NCBI GenBank assembly: GCA_017557865.1
Contig: JAFYXW010000006.1
Span: forward strand, 21,553 to 85,552
Length of the DNA stretch: 64,000 bases
Origin: Candidatus Saccharimonadota bacterium
Lineage (GTDB): Bacteria > Patescibacteriota > Saccharimonadia > Saccharimonadales > Saccharimonadaceae
Direction of reading: 5' to 3'
Made by a program: the position numbers and the translations under genes. Every line of letters starts with the position of its first letter. The stretch's first letter is position 1. The notes under the pieces are model-generated. The model was not told the origin of the DNA, ran no database searches, and was given only the letters and a program-made list of their open reading frames with translations. Of this stretch, positions 61,592 to 64,000 are shown one piece after another.

Positions 61592-64000
61592 CTTGAGTTA
61601 AAGGGTGTGACCAAAGTCTATGTTGTTGGTGGTATAAAACAGAAAGTTTTAAAAAACATCAACTTGAACTTCCGTGAAAACGAATTCGCGGCCATTTTGG
61701 GGCCATCTGGTTCCGGTAAGACCACACTTTTAAATATTATTGGTGGACTTGATAAATATAATTCTGGCGATTTGATTATTAACGAGAAGAGCACCAAGAA
61801 GTTTCGCGATAAAGATTGGGATTCCTATCGTAACCACCGGGTAGGTTTTGTCTTCCAAAGTTATAATTTGATTCCGCATCAAACAATCTTGCAGAACGTA
61901 CGTCTGGCCTTGACGCTTTCTGGTATTTCTAAACGCGAAAGTATACGTAGAGCCAAAAAAGCTTTAAAAGATGTAGGTCTAGAAGATCATATAGACAAGC
62001 GCCCTAATCAACTATCTGGCGGGCAGATGCAACGCGTGGCGATTGCTAGAGCCCTTGTAAATGACCCAGATATTTTACTGGCAGACGAGCCGACTGGTGC
62101 TCTAGATTCTGAAACTAGCCTTCAGATTATGGACCTTTTAAAACAAATTGCTGATAAAAAACTGGTGGTAATGGTAACTCATAACCCAGAATTAGCCGAT
62201 AAATATGCTACACGCATTATTACTTTGAAAGATGGCGAAATCACATCGGATTCAGATTCATATGACGGCAAGAAAAAGACCGATTTAGATCTTATTGAGT
62301 CCGAAAGAAAAAGTAAGAAAACTAAGATGTCATTTGCAACAGCTCTGGGGCTGTCTAACAATAACTTGCTCACCAAAAAAGCGCGCACGGCACTTGTGGC
62401 AGCAGCGGGCTCGATTGGTATTATTGGCATTGCATTGATTTCGGCCGTGTCGACGGGCTTTCAAAACTATATCGATTCGATCGAGCGGGACACTTTGACT
62501 TCTTATCCTTTGATGATTCAGCGCGAGAGCACTAACTTTACCAGTATTTTGCTGAGTCTAACTGGCAATGGCGAAAAAGCTGCTGATGGCAAGATTCACG
62601 AGAACCAAGTAATTACATCTACGCTTGGCGACGTTACCAAAAACGACTTAAAATCTTTCCGTAAATACTTAGACGAGCATTATAGCGAAGTGGAAGACGA
62701 TATTAGATTAATTGAAAACGAATATAATATTGATCCTTTAATTTATACGATTGACGCCACCGACGAGCTCGCAAAGTTAAACCCAAATTCTTTGTTTACG
62801 ACAATTCTCGGTGATACTACTTTAATGTCTTCTTATTCAAATTTGACGTCGGTGTTTAAACAATACGCCGAAGAGAATATTAAAGAAGACACGGACATTG
62901 TAGCTGGGCGCTATCCAGAAAAATACAACGAAATTGCAGTGATTTTGTCGAACCCTACAGAGATTAACGATCTTTTGACTTATTCTTTGGGGCTACATGA
63001 TACGGATGCGCTAAATAATATTATTACCAAAATCATGGGCGGGGAACCAGTCACGATTACACATAATCCTTTGACTTTGGAATATGATGATATTTTGAAT
63101 TTGGACCTAAGGCTAATTATGCCGAGCGACACATATCAATATAATAGTAAGTATAACGTTTACGAGGATATGTCTTCAAATCTTAACTTTATGATGGACG
63201 TTTATAACAATAAGTCTGAAAAACTTAAAATTGTAGGGATTGTGACGCCAAAGTCCGATATGCTGGCAATTGGTAACGGTGTTTTATACTTACCAAGTTT
63301 AATTGAACATATTATTGAAGTATCTTCAAAGTCCGAGATCGTAAAGAAGCAACTGGATAACCCAAAAATTGACATTTTTTCAAATGCAAAGTTTGGGGCT
63401 AGCAATGAGAATTATAATTTCCGTTTTGAAGATCTAGTAAGTGTTGATGAATCGGCTTTATCCAAAGCGATTGGTGTAGATATTGACCAAAATGCTATTT
63501 CTAGCAAGATTCAGGAGTACATTACAAGTATTGGCAATGATATTTCGGTGGATACTACACCGGCCAAGAACGCTCTAAAAGAAAAATTAAAGGCCGTGAT
63601 TGCCGCGACAGTTGCAAAATACATGGCTCTCTCTCCTGACGAACGAGCTGAGTTAATGGATGAAACAAAATTCTTGGATTTTACTAAAAACTCTGCAAAT
63701 GAAGTTGGTTTTGACGATTTAACTAGCGCTTATCATGTGCCGGGCGAGATTTTCGTGGAGCCTTTTGGCGGGCTTGCTGCTTCTTACTTTGCGGTAATGG
63801 CAAGTGGGACGAGTGTAGATGATTACGTAGATAGCGCACAGGTTGCCACGGCGTTTGAGACTTTTGCGGTAATTATGACTGACGCAAAAATTAAAACCGA
63901 AGTCTTGACGGCGGTTGGAGATTTATCTAAATATCTAACTAGTAGCTTTGCAAATGCCTTCCACGTAGACCCAGCTGCAATTACAGGCGCATTCCGTTTA
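61589..64000 (+). CDS. Fused ABC transporter ATP-binding protein/permease (MacB/FtsX-type), 3' end outside the window
   Basis: Read by hand and open to the window edge. Walker A GPSGSGKTT, signature LSGGQMQRV, Walker B LLADEPTG, then a TM (…ALVAAAGSIGIIGIALISA…) and a large extracytoplasmic domain. Confidence 0.85.
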   Translation, partial: MLELKGVTKVYVVGGIKQKVLKNINLNFRENEFAAILGPSGSGKTTLLNIIGGLDKYNSGDLIINEKSTKKFRDKDWDSYRNHRVGFVFQSYNLIPHQTILQNVRLALTLSGISKRESIRRAKKALKDVGLEDHIDKRPNQLSGGQMQRVAIARALVNDPDILLADEPTGALDSETSLQIMDLLKQIADKKLVVMVTHNPELADKYATRIITLKDGEITSDSDSYDGKKKTDLDLIESERKSKKTKMSFATALGLSNNNLLTKKARTALVAAAGSIGIIGIALISAVSTGFQNYIDSIERDTLTSYPLMIQRESTNFTSILLSLTGNGEKAADGKIHENQVITSTLGDVTKNDLKSFRKYLDEHYSEVEDDIRLIENEYNIDPLIYTIDATDELAKLNPNSLFTTILGDTTLMSSYSNLTSVFKQYAEENIKEDTDIVAGRYPEKYNEIAVILSNPTEINDLLTYSLGLHDTDALNNIITKIMGGEPVTITHNPLTLEYDDILNLDLRLIMPSDTYQYNSKYNVYEDMSSNLNFMMDVYNNKSEKLKIVGIVTPKSDMLAIGNGVLYLPSLIEHIIEVSSKSEIVKKQLDNPKIDIFSNAKFGASNENYNFRFEDLVSVDESALSKAIGVDIDQNAISSKIQEYITSIGNDISVDTTPAKNALKEKLKAVIAATVAKYMALSPDERAELMDETKFLDFTKNSANEVGFDDLTSAYHVPGEIFVEPFGGLAASYFAVMASGTSVDDYVDSAQVATAFETFAVIMTDAKIKTEVLTAVGDLSKYLTSSFANAFHVDPAAITGAFRL

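Noticed and set aside
1-64000. CRISPR arrays, cas genes, prophage, integrase, transposase, reverse transcriptase/DGR, toxin-antitoxin pairs
   Set aside because: I found no regularly spaced short direct repeats and no ORF with motifs of these families. The tRNA-adjacent repeats have no cargo genes between them, and the lectin-like modules have no accompanying RT or template repeat in this window.

Overview
The window is a compact, almost fully coding chromosomal segment with short or overlapping intergenic regions and standard genetic code (tRNA-Trp CCA; UGA used as a stop). The bacterium looks anaerobic (NrdDG, rubrerythrin) with a Gram-positive-type envelope (sortase-like proteins, GH25 and CHAP hydrolases). 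Gene content and architecture fit a reduced Patescibacteria/CPR genome, possibly Saccharibacteria/TM7; that assignment is inference, not a database result. By eye the DNA is moderately AT-rich. Contents in order: pheT 3' end; ftsE-ftsX-(coiled-coil CHAP hydrolase)-S41 Ctp protease; a GT4 glycosyltransferase; secY; a sortase-like gene; infA-rpmJ-rpsM-rpsK-rpsD-rpoA-rplQ-rplM-rpsI; an orphan gene; glyA-folA-thyA on the minus strand; sortase-like/CotH/GH25; trpS, a RluA-family synthase and a holB-like gene. Next come a 9.1-kb gene for a 3,042-aa repetitive surface protein; a TPR protein; a Y-family polymerase with a YolD-like gene; an SDR and rubrerythrin; rmuC, lepB, htrA, prmC-prfA; nrdD-nrdG; gpsA; a UvrD-type helicase fused to a PD-(D/E)XK nuclease; rpmG. 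The window ends with GH57 plus a glycogen-synthase-like GT; a CE4 deacetylase; a P-loop ATPase/DUF45 pair; GH97; CapA-like; a VTC-DUF4956-Cthe_2159-like operon; and the start of a fused ABC ATPase/permease. There are eight tRNA genes, all with encoded CCA. No CRISPR array, Cas, integrase, transposase or reverse transcriptase was recognised. Most notable non-standard signals: (1) four of the eight tRNAs are followed by a 50-67 bp insert and then a direct repeat of the tRNA's own 3' end (13-29 nt) plus a T-run. (2) A GC-rich structured repeat occurs twice, sits inside copy-specific long inverted repeats just after stop codons, shows compensatory substitutions, and carries a nested 30-nt module whose core recurs in the tRNA-Trp insert. 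(3) The promoter layout TGnTAnAAT-N6-8-ATG recurs at about 15 genes and implies leaderless mRNAs. (4) The giant modular surface protein has three tandem FISUMP/lectin-like modules. (5) A tightly coupled VTC/DUF4956/beta-helix operon has no known function.
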